Assembly (NCBI GenBank): GCA_003156975.1
Contig: PMIE01000043.1
Location: 26,618 to 90,617, forward strand
Source of the DNA: Chloroflexota bacterium
Lineage (GTDB): Bacteria; Chloroflexota; Limnocylindria; Limnocylindrales; CSP1-4
Direction of reading: 5' to 3'
DNA: 64,000 bases
The position numbers and the translations under genes were made by a program. The notes under the pieces were generated by a model. That model was not told the origin of the DNA. It saw nothing but the letters and a program-made list of their open reading frames with translations, and searched no databases. Shown in pieces: positions 29,267-39,167 of this stretch (positions are counted from its first letter, which is position 1; each line of letters starts with the position of its first letter).

Positions 29267-30223
29267 TCAGTCGCGCTTGTCGCGAGGCGGCCCGGCCTGA
29301 ACGCCGGGCAACGCGGCACTCTCGCGGGCCGAGGCTTGAGCCAGAACCACGCGCTGAGGCTGCGGGATCTCTATCCCGCCTTCCTGGAAGGCCGCCAGCA
29401 GACGCTTGCGTAGCTCGCCGCCCACTGCCCACTGCTCCGATGCACGGACCGTACCGAGGATCTTGAGCGTCACGCCCAACTCCCCCAGAGCCGAGACACG
29501 CTCCACTCTTGGGGCCTCGAGGATGCGCTGCGCCCACTCGTCGTCGTCCGCCAATTCCTGCCCCACCTGATTGACGATGGCCGTCGCCCGGTCGATGTCT
29601 GTGCCGTAGACGACCTGGATGTCTTGATTTACGCGGGCGAAGACACGGGTCAGATTCGAGGCAACGGTGATCTCACCGTTTGGCACGGTATGAACCGTCC
29701 CGTCCTGGTCCCTGAGAGTGGTCCGGCGCAGAGTGAAGTCCTCGACCTTGCCGGAGACTCCGGCGATGCGGACCACGTCGCCGACCGCGTATTGGTTCTC
29801 GACCAGGATCAGGGCACCGTTGAGGTAGTCACGGACGAGGTGCTGCGTGCCCAGGCCGATGGCTATTCCGGCGATCCCGAGCCCGGCGATTGCCGGCCCG
29901 ATGTCCAGTCTGAAGGCCGCCTCCAGAATCATCAGGGCGGCGATGACGACCACAAAGAAACGAATGACGTTGACCGCCAGAGCCTCGACGGTGTCCTGAC
30001 GCTTCTTGATCTCCGCCGCGCCCAGTTCGCGCGCGGTGCCTTCCAGAGTTTCGCGGTTCAGCAGGGCCCGGGCGATACCGCGGACGAAGACGTGGGCCAG
30101 GCGAATGACGACTGCGGCCGCCAGCAGAATGGCCACGGTCTTTGCGCTCCCTTCGAGCGCGCCGCCCAGGTGAAGCGGTGCCCCGCCCCAGGGTAGATTG
30201 ACAATCGGGTCGTTCAGGTCCAC
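29267..30223 (-). CDS. mscS: mechanosensitive ion channel, MscS family
   Basis: TM helices are followed by the MscS beta domain (GDVVRIAGVSGKVEDFTLRRTTLRDQDGTVHTVPNGEI). Confidence 0.85.
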   Translation of the reverse strand: MDLNDPIVNLPWGGAPLHLGGALEGSAKTVAILLAAAVVIRLAHVFVRGIARALLNRETLEGTARELGAAEIKKRQDTVEALAVNVIRFFVVVIAALMILEAAFRLDIGPAIAGLGIAGIAIGLGTQHLVRDYLNGALILVENQYAVGDVVRIAGVSGKVEDFTLRRTTLRDQDGTVHTVPNGEITVASNLTRVFARVNQDIQVVYGTDIDRATAIVNQVGQELADDDEWAQRILEAPRVERVSALGELGVTLKILGTVRASEQWAVGGELRKRLLAAFQEGGIEIPQPQRVVLAQASARESAALPGVQAGPPRDKRD

Positions 30224-30365
30224 GTGGATAGCGTAGCGCGGCCGGCACAGGTGCGGCGGTTCTCCGCCGCCGCTCGTGACAAAGAGGCGGCCCCTCGGGA
30301 GGGGGGACCGAGGGGCCGCGAAGTTGGCATGTTTAGTCTCTGGCCGCTGCAGCGGGCGGGAAACC

Positions 30366-31133
30366 TCAGATCGAGGCCACGACCCCGCCGATACGATCGG
30401 TGATCAGGGCAGCGACTTCACGAGCGTGATCCACGAGTTCCGGCACGCGGCTGGGTGCGATCCGATTGCCTGAGGCGCGAACCTCGAGCGCGGCCACAAC
30501 GGCTGCCCGCTGGTCGAAGACCGGCACGGCAATGGCGTTGACGCTGGGCTCGTGCTCGCCGAAGGCGGTCGCGAACCCACGCTTGCGGACGCGAGCCAAT
30601 TCCTCGAGGAGCAGATCGACCCGAACGATCGTGTGCGAGGTATAAGGAGTAAAGCCGATCTTGGAGAGGCGGATCACCTCTCTCTCGGGCCGGCTGGCCA
30701 GGAGCACCTTGCCGGGCGCCGTCGCGTGGAGCGGCGAGTTGCGGCCGGTTCTATCGCGGCCCATGCCCGAGGCATCGGAATAGGCGATCGTCAAAACGGT
30801 ATCTCCCTCGAGCACTTCGAGGGTCGTCGTCTCCCGAATCAACTTAGCCAGTGACTCGAGCTCGGAAAGGGCGATCGATCGGAGATCGAGCGACCTTTCC
30901 GCATGGCCACCGAGTCGAACGACAGCCAGGCCGAGCCGGTACTTGCCCGAGTCATCGTCCTGCTCGACAAGGCCTCGCTTCTGGAGCGTGGCGAGCAACC
31001 GGGACGCGGTCGACTTGTGGAGGCCGAGGCGTCGTGCGAGCTCGGTGACCCCTGCCTCCCCCTGTGTCTCCCCGAGAGCGATCAGGAGCGACGCAGCGCG
31101 GTCGACTGACCGTACTGCATTCCCGTCGAGCAT
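30366..31133 (-). CDS. IclR family transcriptional regulator
   Basis: The N-terminal HTH (VTELARRLGLHKSTASRLLATL) is followed by an IclR effector domain. It is divergent from the class V aminotransferase. Confidence 0.85.
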   Translation of the reverse strand: MLDGNAVRSVDRAASLLIALGETQGEAGVTELARRLGLHKSTASRLLATLQKRGLVEQDDDSGKYRLGLAVVRLGGHAERSLDLRSIALSELESLAKLIRETTTLEVLEGDTVLTIAYSDASGMGRDRTGRNSPLHATAPGKVLLASRPEREVIRLSKIGFTPYTSHTIVRVDLLLEELARVRKRGFATAFGEHEPSVNAIAVPVFDQRAAVVAALEVRASGNRIAPSRVPELVDHAREVAALITDRIGGVVASI

Positions 31134-31351
31134 CGTTTTCTCCTAACGGGCGTCTTCCGAATGGAAGCTGGACGCTTCCCCGGCAGCATCGGGGCTGCTC
31201 GCCGTTCCGCGCCCGAACCGGAACGACGCTGTGGAACTGTTGCGGCTACCGAGCCGATCGACGTCTCATCCCCGCGGACCTACCTAACCGAGTTGCCATT
31301 CCGGGTGGAATGGCCCTGTATGTCCCGCGGTGTGCGACGTCTGGGAGAATG

Positions 31352-31377
31352 TTTACATATTTACTCAGGATTAGTCA
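31352..31377. promoter_or_regulatory. AT-rich island in the IclR/aminotransferase divergent intergenic region (candidate promoter/operator)
   Basis: gtttacatatttactcaggattagtc stands out in a ~70% GC background and sits within the 487-bp divergent spacer. Confidence 0.25.
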
Positions 31378-31620
31378 AGCCCTGCCGGACCGTCCTCCAC
31401 GCTCCCCGACGTGTCATCTTCCCGGCAGTAAGGTACGGTTCGGTCCACCCGTGGCCGACCAAATTCGCGGGCCGCAAGTGCTTCAATCTGATAGCAAATC
31501 GCATCCTTGCCGGGGCAGAGGCAGCCCGGGGGGCACGCGCTTCCGGTCGGCCTCGCCGCGACGGTGCGACGCGTACCATCTGCTCCAGTCCCTATCCGTT
31601 GCCTTCCGGGAGCTACCGTG

Positions 31621-32964
31621 ATGAGTGATCGCCCATCGCATCTCAACGCCGGGCCTGCGGATGCCCTCGCTTCCGATGGAACGGGTGTCGGCGCGGCGCT
31701 GGCGGCCATTCGCGCCGAGTTCCCTGCCCTCGCCCGCCGCCACGGTGAAGGCGCCTACAGCTACCTCGACGGCCCCGGCGGTACGCAGGTCCCCAGGCGA
31801 ACGATCGAGGCCATGGCTCGCTATTTGGAGCGATCGAACGCCAACCACGAAGGCGCATTTGCCACCAGCGAGGAAAGCGACGCAATCCTGGCTGAGGCTC
31901 ACGCTGCCGCGGCCGATTTCCTCGGGGCGGCGGGGCCGGAGGAAGTCGCCTTCGGACAGAACATGACCACTCTCACATTCGCGGTGAGCCGCGCGATCGG
32001 GCGGACATTGCGCTCCGGCGACGAGATCGTCGTCACCCGCCTGGACCATGACGCCAATGTTGCGCCGTGGCTGGCTCTGGAGGAGGAGCGCGGCGTAACC
32101 GTCCGTTGGGTCGGGATCCGGGAGGATTGCACTCTGGACATGGCGGACCTCGAGCAGGCCCTTGGACCGCGCACCCGCATCGTGGCCGTCGCCATGGCAT
32201 CCAACGCGGTCGGGACGATCAATCCGGTCGCGCGCATCGTGGAGATGGCGCACGACGTCGGGGCGTGGACATATGTCGATGCCGTTCACGCTGCGCCGCA
32301 CATGGCCATCGACGTTGCCGCACTCGACACCGACTTCCTCGTCTGCTCCCCGTACAAGTTCTTCGGGCCGCACCTCGGCCTGCTGTACGGCAAGCCAGAA
32401 CGACTTGAGCAGCTGGCCTCGTACAAGGTGCGTCCCGCCCCGGACGGCGGGTCGGGCAAGTGGGAGACGGGCACGCTGCCGGGCGAATCAATCGCCGGCC
32501 TGCTTGGAACCTTCGACCACCTGGAGTGGATGGGCCGCGAGTTCGGTGGCGCGGGAGACGCCGCGACACGGGGCGACACTCTGGCTGCGGCGATGGGCGT
32601 GATCGGCGCTACCGAGCGCCGACTTGCCCTCTGGGCCATGGAGGCGCTGAGCGCGGTTCCCGGTTTGACCATGCGCGGCATCGTCGACCCCATGCGCATC
32701 GATGAACGCGTGCCGACCTTCGCGTTCACGCTCTCCGGCAGAACGCCACGGGAGGTTGCGGTCGAGTTGGGCAAACGTGGAATCGCGGTCTGGGATGGCG
32801 ACTACTATGCCTATGAACTGATTCGAGTCCTGGGCCTCGCCCAAACAGGAGGAATGGTTCGAGTCGGTTTCGTTCACTACAACGAGCCCGAGGAGATCGA
32901 GCGCCTCGCCGAGGCCCTTGGCGAGATAGCCGGACTGACGCCGACGACTTTGCCGTCTCGGTAG
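31621..32964 (+). CDS. class V aminotransferase / cysteine desulfurase-like PLP enzyme
   Basis: The start is the ATG at 31621 (a GTG lies at 31618). Motifs include VTRLDHDANVAPW and VCSPYKFFGPHLGLLYG (the PLP Lys region), in a SufS/Csd-like fold. Confidence 0.8.
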   Translation: MSDRPSHLNAGPADALASDGTGVGAALAAIRAEFPALARRHGEGAYSYLDGPGGTQVPRRTIEAMARYLERSNANHEGAFATSEESDAILAEAHAAAADFLGAAGPEEVAFGQNMTTLTFAVSRAIGRTLRSGDEIVVTRLDHDANVAPWLALEEERGVTVRWVGIREDCTLDMADLEQALGPRTRIVAVAMASNAVGTINPVARIVEMAHDVGAWTYVDAVHAAPHMAIDVAALDTDFLVCSPYKFFGPHLGLLYGKPERLEQLASYKVRPAPDGGSGKWETGTLPGESIAGLLGTFDHLEWMGREFGGAGDAATRGDTLAAAMGVIGATERRLALWAMEALSAVPGLTMRGIVDPMRIDERVPTFAFTLSGRTPREVAVELGKRGIAVWDGDYYAYELIRVLGLAQTGGMVRVGFVHYNEPEEIERLAEALGEIAGLTPTTLPSR

Positions 32965-32977
32965 TGATGGAGGGAGC

Positions 32978-33667
32978 ATGACCGACAAGGGGTCGACAGC
33001 CGCATTCTTCGAGGCCATCCGCCAGGGCAACGACGCTGCCGTCGACGCTGCCGTCGACGCCAAGCCTGAGTTGCTGGGCGCTCGTGACGAGGCGGGTCTA
33101 TCTCCAGTTCTGGCGGCTGCGTTCGCAGGCAACCGCAAGATGGCCGATCGAATTGCCGCAATCGAAGCGAAGTCGCCCGACGGGCTCGGCGTCTTCGACG
33201 CAGCCGCTGTCGGCAACGTTGGCGTCCTGCGGAGCCTGTTCGCCAGCGATCGCGCCTCCGTCGACGACAGCGGCCCGGGTGGCTACACGGCCCTCCACTT
33301 TGCGGCCTCCTTTGGCCAGCTGGAAGTGGCGCGACTTCTCCTGGGGCGCGGCGCGGATCCCAACGCCGTCGCCATGAACGGGTCGCGCGCCACGCCGCTC
33401 CACAGCGCCGTCACGGCCAGGCATCGCGACACGGCGAGCCTCCTTCTGGCGCTGGGCGCGTCGCCCAACTCAGTCCAGAAGGGCGGCATGACGCCGTTGC
33501 ACACGGCTGCTCGGGACGGCGACGAGGCAATCGTCGACATGCTTCTGCTCCGCGGCGCCGATCCCACGCGAAAGAGCGATGACGGCAAGACGGCCATCGA
33601 TCTGGCTGTCGAGAACGGCCACGCTGCCCTCGCCGGGGTTCTCCGCTCACAGGCCGGCAAGCGCTGA
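32978..33667 (+). CDS. ankyrin repeat protein
   Basis: GGAGGGAG is the RBS. Five to six ANK repeats are visible (G-TALHFAASFGQLEVARLLLGRGADPN; TPLHSAV...; TPLHTAARDGDEAIVDMLLLRGADP). Confidence 0.8.
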   Translation: MTDKGSTAAFFEAIRQGNDAAVDAAVDAKPELLGARDEAGLSPVLAAAFAGNRKMADRIAAIEAKSPDGLGVFDAAAVGNVGVLRSLFASDRASVDDSGPGGYTALHFAASFGQLEVARLLLGRGADPNAVAMNGSRATPLHSAVTARHRDTASLLLALGASPNSVQKGGMTPLHTAARDGDEAIVDMLLLRGADPTRKSDDGKTAIDLAVENGHAALAGVLRSQAGKR

Positions 33668-33708
33668 AGCGCGACTCTACTCGCGCCGCCTATTGAGCGC
33701 CGAGAAGC

Positions 33709-35427
33709 CTAGCTGGCGGCACCGAGCCAGCCCGGCAGCTCTTTGGCGAGGGTCGCAAGCGGCAGGGTGCCGTGGCCGAGGACGGCGTCGTGGAATGCGC
33801 TCAGCTTGAAGTCGGGCCCGAGACGCGCCGAGGTCTCGGTCCGGAGTCGCGTGATCTCGCGCTGCCCGATCTTGTAACAGAGGGCCTGTGCCGGCATGGC
33901 GATGTACCGATCGGTCTCGATGACCGACTCCGTGTTCGACTGGCCGGCCTCCAGCAACTGCTCGATGGACTGCTCGCGGGTCCAGCCCATGGCATGTATA
34001 CCCGTGTCGACGATCAGCCTGGCAGCGCGGTGAGCCTGGCCGTCGAGCATTCCGAACCGCTCCGCCTCGTTGAGGAAGAGGCCCATCTCGTCCGCAAGCC
34101 GTTCTGCGTACAGGCCCCAACCTTCGATGTAGGCCATTCCCGCCATGCGCGAGCCCATCCTCCGGAAGGCGTTGAGAGTTGGATGCTCGGTCTGGAGAGC
34201 GATCTGGAAGTGATGGCCGGGCACCGCCTCGTGGAAAGTCATGCTTGCCAGCCCGACGTAGCTTCGGCTCGGCAGGTCGTACGTGTTCACGTAGTAGACG
34301 CCCGGCCGGCTGCCATCGACCGGGGGCGCGTAGTAATACGCAGCGGGCGCGTCGGCTTCCTTGAACGGCTCCACCGGCCGGACTTCGCAGCCGGCCTTCG
34401 GCAGTGTCCCGAAGTACTTGGGCGACGCCGCGAAGGCGCGCTGGATCTGGCCGTTGGCGCGGTCGATCAGCGCCTCGATCGATTGCGGGATCATTGCTGG
34501 ATCGGCGCGGAGTGCGGCGCGGGCGACCTTGAGGTCGTCGCCAAGACCGAGGCCGCGGGCGATGACCCGCTGCTCGTCGTGGATCGAGGCCAGTTCCGCC
34601 AGCCCGATGCGATGCACTTCGCCGGCATCGAGGTTGAGCGAGGTCCACGCCCGAATCTGGGTCCGGTACAGCTCGTCTCCGTGCGGCGCCGAACTCAGCC
34701 CCGGGTCGTCGCGCGAGGCCTCGCGGTACTTGCCGAGCAGCGCGTCGAGGAAGCCGCGATCGGCCGGACGTACATATCGGGCGATCGCCGCGACGACCCT
34801 GGCGCGGTCCGAGGACTTCGGCAGCTTCAGCACCGAGATGATCGGCGACTCCTCGTCGGGAATGGCCAGCAGCCGCTCCATCTGGCTGATCACGCGCTCA
34901 GTTACGATTCGGGCCGCAGTCACTCCGCTCTCGAGGCCCTCACGCACCGTCTCGATGTTGGCCGCCATGAATCGCGGGTAGTCCGCCAGGCGAGCCATGA
35001 AGGCCTCGAACTGCTCCGGTGCCTCCGTCGGCTGGAAGGCCGCGAGAAGCGGCAGGATGGTCTGCGGGCCGTCCATCTGGTCGACGACCTTGAGCCGATC
35101 GAAGCGCTGGCCCTGCTGCTCAAGCTCGATGTCGCAGATGACTCGCATGATGTCGAGAGTGATGCGCTCTTCCGTGGGCAAGCTCGAGGTCGCGGACGCC
35201 TGAGCCTCGATAGCATCGGCTTCGGCGAGAGTGGCGCGATATAGCCGCGCCGCCCGCTCCCGGCCGCCGGGTCCCGGGTCGTCGAGCCGATCCATCCCCT
35301 GTTCGTAGCCGAGCAGGGTCGCGTTGATCGGCGACAGATCCAGAATGCCGCTCCAGAAGCGTTCCGAAAGTGCGTTCACCGCGTCGGCCGCGCTCGGGAC
35401 GTCGCCAACGGGAGTTGTTTCAGCCAC
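33709..35427 (-). CDS. DUF885 family protein (putative zinc-metallopeptidase-like)
   Basis: HEAVPGHHFQ is the HExxH-like motif. The start is placed at the GTG at 35427, with GGAGG 5 nt upstream. The longer ORF extension is rejected. Confidence 0.8.
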   Translation of the reverse strand: MAETTPVGDVPSAADAVNALSERFWSGILDLSPINATLLGYEQGMDRLDDPGPGGRERAARLYRATLAEADAIEAQASATSSLPTEERITLDIMRVICDIELEQQGQRFDRLKVVDQMDGPQTILPLLAAFQPTEAPEQFEAFMARLADYPRFMAANIETVREGLESGVTAARIVTERVISQMERLLAIPDEESPIISVLKLPKSSDRARVVAAIARYVRPADRGFLDALLGKYREASRDDPGLSSAPHGDELYRTQIRAWTSLNLDAGEVHRIGLAELASIHDEQRVIARGLGLGDDLKVARAALRADPAMIPQSIEALIDRANGQIQRAFAASPKYFGTLPKAGCEVRPVEPFKEADAPAAYYYAPPVDGSRPGVYYVNTYDLPSRSYVGLASMTFHEAVPGHHFQIALQTEHPTLNAFRRMGSRMAGMAYIEGWGLYAERLADEMGLFLNEAERFGMLDGQAHRAARLIVDTGIHAMGWTREQSIEQLLEAGQSNTESVIETDRYIAMPAQALCYKIGQREITRLRTETSARLGPDFKLSAFHDAVLGHGTLPLATLAKELPGWLGAAS

Positions 35428-35510
35428 GGAAGCCTCCAGCGACTCGCAGCTCCCGGGTGCTGCTCGGCGGCCCGGCATCGGCTGCTCACGCAAGATTACC
35501 GCGGACGCCC

Positions 35511-38432
35511 TCAAGAGCCGAAAAGCGGCAGCTGCTCGCCGACCGTATCCGCGATCGCATCGAGACCGAGATACGGCTCCAGGTCCGCCAGCGTCGCCTC
35601 GGGCCGGGCCGCGAACTCGACCAGGTGGTTCCACTTGATGAAATGCCAATTGCGCTCTTCGATCGCCTTGCGCAACAGCGGCGAGCGAGCCAGCTTGACC
35701 TTCACCAGATCGGCCCTCTCCGGCGGGATGACCAGGAACCGAACGACCTTGTCCTCTTCCGGGTAGCGCGCGTGGCGGGTCAGAACGGGTTCACCGAGCA
35801 TTGCCGTCCATTCGACCTCGAACAGAAAGCTCGCCTTGCGGCGGACGTACCAGGCGCAGTCGACTCGCTCGAGCTCGCCATCGGGAGCCCAGGCGATGAG
35901 CGGCAGATGGATTTCGTGTTCCGCCGTATCCAGCCGATCCGCGAGCGGGCGGCCACCGACTCTGCGATCCTGCTGGCGCTTGCCGATCCAGACGCTCATC
36001 CCCAGGTTGTGGCCGACATCGGCCAGCAAGGCGATGATTCGGTCGTGGTCCGCGGTGCGGCCTTCCAACTGCTCGAAGCCCGCCACCGACTCTGGGGTGC
36101 TCCCTGGAGCAAGGTAGCTGGCGAAACAAGCCTCCACGAGATCGCGGTCCGGGGCTTCGCGGCCTTTGAACATGGCCATGACTCGCTCGAACGCGGCCCG
36201 CTCTGTCAGATGACCCGCCGACGACAGGAGCGAAAAGACCCCCCACTCCACCCTGTCGGCCAGCGGTTGCGCCGCGACGCCGCGATCCTCGTCCGAGGCC
36301 AACCAGTACTGGCCGGGCTCTATCTGGCGGATGCCGCGATTGTTGGGCCGGTCCAACTCCTCATGGATGATCTGGATCAGTTGCGCCACCGGATCCGTGC
36401 GTGAGGCTTCATCGGGCATCCCCAGAATCGTCCGCACCGCGGCACGGGCCGAGTCTCCCGTGGAGACTCCGGTGGTGGCGCGGCTCCTCGCCACCTCCTG
36501 GACCTTGCCGTCGGCGGTCGTGTCGCTCGATGACGCGTCGACCCAGGCCGACCACCCATCGTCGGCGTGGTCGGGCCGCAGAACCCGCGCCAGACGGGCG
36601 AGCTGCCCCGAAGCGTCGAGCCCAATCAGGACATCGCCGAGGATGTGATCGAAGTTCGCCGGCTCTCCTCTGGCCTTCAGCAGCTCCACAGCAGTATCCG
36701 TAATCGCCTGGGCGGCGGCGCCTACCCGGAATGGACCGTCGTCGAGTCTCTCGGGCGCCGCGAAGGCTCCCCGGCCCGGAATGGTTCCGGGGTCGCCGGC
36801 CCCGCCCTCCACCGGCGGCAGCGGACGATTGGCCCGCGTCCGCGGCCCGGGCGCCATGACGCCGGTTCCCGGCACGAAGGCGACGATGCCGGGACTGTCG
36901 TCCCCGCCCCGATGAAGACGGGCATCGATCAGACGACAGCCCGCCGCCGCTCCGCCGAGAGCCGCCGCGACCAGAGTGGCGGGCTGGGCATCGTCGAGCA
37001 GCAGAACGGCCCGACCTGTCTGCGCGAGAGCCGGCGTGGCGATGGCCAGTGACCTGCCCACGGCTCGGGCCAGATCCACCGCTTCCTCTTCCGGGGTCGG
37101 CTTCGACGTGGGCTTGAACAACTCGTCGTGCGGCAGAAGGGCCACGGCGGCCGCCCCAAAAACCCAGCCCGTTCCGTGATACAGCGCCGCGAGCCGTTCC
37201 GGCGTCCAGCGAAGAGGCGCCTGCCCCAGAACGAGCCTCACGCGCGATTGCGACCCGGAGTGGGCCATCCGCTCGCCGTGGAGCCCGAGACGGCGCAGCG
37301 AGCCTGGTGTCGCCTCTCCGACGGTCACATTGGCCGTGGTTCCCTCCAGAGTTGAGATATCGACGCCGGGGCGGGCCAGAGCGGACCGTGGCGTCCCCGA
37401 TTCGAGACTGAGGCAGAAGGACTTGACCAGATTCAACCCGGCCTCGAAGGCCAGCCACGGGTTGAGTTCGTGCCACTCGCGCGCGGTCGGCACCTTGAGG
37501 ACGCCGTTGGCTATGCGAACCGGCGCAGGCTTGCCCTGAGTAACGTTCAGCCGGCTCGCCAGCAGGACGGCGTGGAGGAAGGCGAGGCGGAGCGCCGCGG
37601 TGAGGGCTCCGTCGCGATCCTCCGCATCGATACGAGTGAGGATCGCATGCAACCCCAGGAGCTGGCGCGGCGTGTGGAGGTCTACGAGCTGATCCACAAG
37701 AGGGTGCGTTGGCCGTGGCGCCGGAAACCGCCGCCGCATCGCCTCGCGAACCTCACCGCTCGAAGGGACCGACTCCGCAAGCCGGACGTCGCCGAGGGTG
37801 AAGACCGCCGACCGAAGCTCGGCGCCGCCTTCCTTGGCCTGGCAGTACGGGCACCTGTACTCGCGGGCAATCGGGCGGAGAAACTCCTCCGGGCCCGCCT
37901 GCAACTCGTGAACGGGGCCCGACAAGGCAGGTGTGCGGGATGCGGAGGCCTTGGCGCGGCTGCGCCCCGGGGACTTGCCCGCGGCGATGCCCTCGGCCCG
38001 CACGGGCACGGCCACAGGCTGCCAGACCATTGACTCCAGGATCACCGGGCGGCTGCACGTCGGGCAGACGCTCGCGTAGAGCGCCTCGATGGTCCTCCGA
38101 ACCGTAGAACCGGAGAACGGCGAGTTCGAGATAGCCGTCATGGCGGACTCGACCTGGCGCACGTTAGGCGGACGAAGAACTACATCGGCGAGCAGCCTCG
38201 TCAGTGGCCAGATTTCATAGTCCGCGGCCCGGCGTTGCTCCGCGATCGCGGCCCGAGCAACCCAGCCGCCACGGCCGTTCAGGTCCAGGACCACTTCGCC
38301 CGGCTTGGTTCCCGCTTCAATTGCCGCGACACATTCCGATGCCGGGGCGGGTGGGCAGAGGCGCTCGAAAAATGGCAGCGTGGGAACGCTGGCGAGCACA
38401 GGCTCGGGGTTTGTGGCGGCACTCCCGACCAT
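35511..38432 (-). CDS. large (973 aa) protein with a SAM-MTase motif-I-like segment, two Zn-ribbon CxxC pairs and a C-terminal nuclease-like region (DUF1156/COG1743-like?)
   Basis: EVVLDLNGRGGWVARAA at residues 46-62 resembles methyltransferase motif I. CPTC (123-126) and CPYC (194-197) form a candidate zinc ribbon. The C-terminal ...VDCAWYV...FLFEVEWT resembles a PD-(D/E)xK core. Composition is protein-like throughout. Confidence 0.55.
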   Translation of the reverse strand: MVGSAATNPEPVLASVPTLPFFERLCPPAPASECVAAIEAGTKPGEVVLDLNGRGGWVARAAIAEQRRAADYEIWPLTRLLADVVLRPPNVRQVESAMTAISNSPFSGSTVRRTIEALYASVCPTCSRPVILESMVWQPVAVPVRAEGIAAGKSPGRSRAKASASRTPALSGPVHELQAGPEEFLRPIAREYRCPYCQAKEGGAELRSAVFTLGDVRLAESVPSSGEVREAMRRRFPAPRPTHPLVDQLVDLHTPRQLLGLHAILTRIDAEDRDGALTAALRLAFLHAVLLASRLNVTQGKPAPVRIANGVLKVPTAREWHELNPWLAFEAGLNLVKSFCLSLESGTPRSALARPGVDISTLEGTTANVTVGEATPGSLRRLGLHGERMAHSGSQSRVRLVLGQAPLRWTPERLAALYHGTGWVFGAAAVALLPHDELFKPTSKPTPEEEAVDLARAVGRSLAIATPALAQTGRAVLLLDDAQPATLVAAALGGAAAGCRLIDARLHRGGDDSPGIVAFVPGTGVMAPGPRTRANRPLPPVEGGAGDPGTIPGRGAFAAPERLDDGPFRVGAAAQAITDTAVELLKARGEPANFDHILGDVLIGLDASGQLARLARVLRPDHADDGWSAWVDASSSDTTADGKVQEVARSRATTGVSTGDSARAAVRTILGMPDEASRTDPVAQLIQIIHEELDRPNNRGIRQIEPGQYWLASDEDRGVAAQPLADRVEWGVFSLLSSAGHLTERAAFERVMAMFKGREAPDRDLVEACFASYLAPGSTPESVAGFEQLEGRTADHDRIIALLADVGHNLGMSVWIGKRQQDRRVGGRPLADRLDTAEHEIHLPLIAWAPDGELERVDCAWYVRRKASFLFEVEWTAMLGEPVLTRHARYPEEDKVVRFLVIPPERADLVKVKLARSPLLRKAIEERNWHFIKWNHLVEFAARPEATLADLEPYLGLDAIADTVGEQLPLFGS

Positions 38433-38606
38433 GCCTCAATTGTGACAGACGGACCGGCCGACGACTGCCGGTTGTCCGCCCCACGGACCGAGGCCGCTGC
38501 AGGGCGAGCCTTTTCGATCCGACTGGCGAACCTTTTGGGTTCACCAGTCGTCGGTGAGTGTCAAAGGGTCCGACGGCGCAGCCGGCCGAGCCCGACAATC
38601 CACGAG

Positions 38607-39167
38607 ATGGGGCGACATGTGCAAGCAGTAACCGCGGACACGGCGCGTGAGACTCCGACGCTCGATGCGTTCGAAGCTCTCAGCGACCGCTGTCTCGACG
38701 ATTCGTACCGGTTGGCGGCCGTGGTCTTGCGCGACCAGGCCGAAGCGCAGGATGTCGTCCACGACGCGGTCCTGCTGGGATGGCGCAAGTTCGGTTCGTT
38801 GCGCGATCCGGCACGCTTCGACGCCTGGTTCGGGCGGATCGTCCTGAACCTATGTCGCGACCGGCTCCGGACCAGGCGGCGTGGGCAGGTCCGCGAGGCG
38901 GCGCTCGTCGCCGAAATGGATATGGGTGGGCACGACGACTTTGGTCGCGTGATGGAGCGCGATGCAATCGCCGCCGCCTTTCCCACGCTCGATCCAGACC
39001 TGCAGTTGGTCGTGGCCCTGCGGTTCTACAAAGACCTCCAACTCGAGGCGATCGCCGACCTTCTGGGCATCCCACTCGGGACCGTGAAATCGCGTCTCCA
39101 CACCGGACTGAAGCGCCTGCGTGCCGAGCTCGAACGAGCCGGCTGGCGAGGGGAGAACGAACGATGA
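38607..39167 (+). CDS. RNA polymerase sigma-70 factor, ECF subfamily
   Basis: Region 2 (DVVHDAVLLGWRKF) and region 4 (LQLEAIADLLGIPLGTVKSRLHTGLKRLR) are present. Length is ~187 aa. The 5' extension of ORF 38235.. is rejected. Confidence 0.8.
   Translation: MGRHVQAVTADTARETPTLDAFEALSDRCLDDSYRLAAVVLRDQAEAQDVVHDAVLLGWRKFGSLRDPARFDAWFGRIVLNLCRDRLRTRRRGQVREAALVAEMDMGGHDDFGRVMERDAIAAAFPTLDPDLQLVVALRFYKDLQLEAIADLLGIPLGTVKSRLHTGLKRLRAELERAGWRGENER

Noticed and set aside
33772-35244. 490-aa ORF on the plus strand
   Set aside because: It is antisense to the DUF885 gene. Its composition is R/G/A/P-rich and typical of high-GC non-coding frames, and no motifs were found.
36409-37476. 355-aa ORF, same strand as the 973-aa gene but a different frame
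   Set aside because: It consists of Arg/Gly-rich repeats without structure. The overlapping frame carries the coherent protein.
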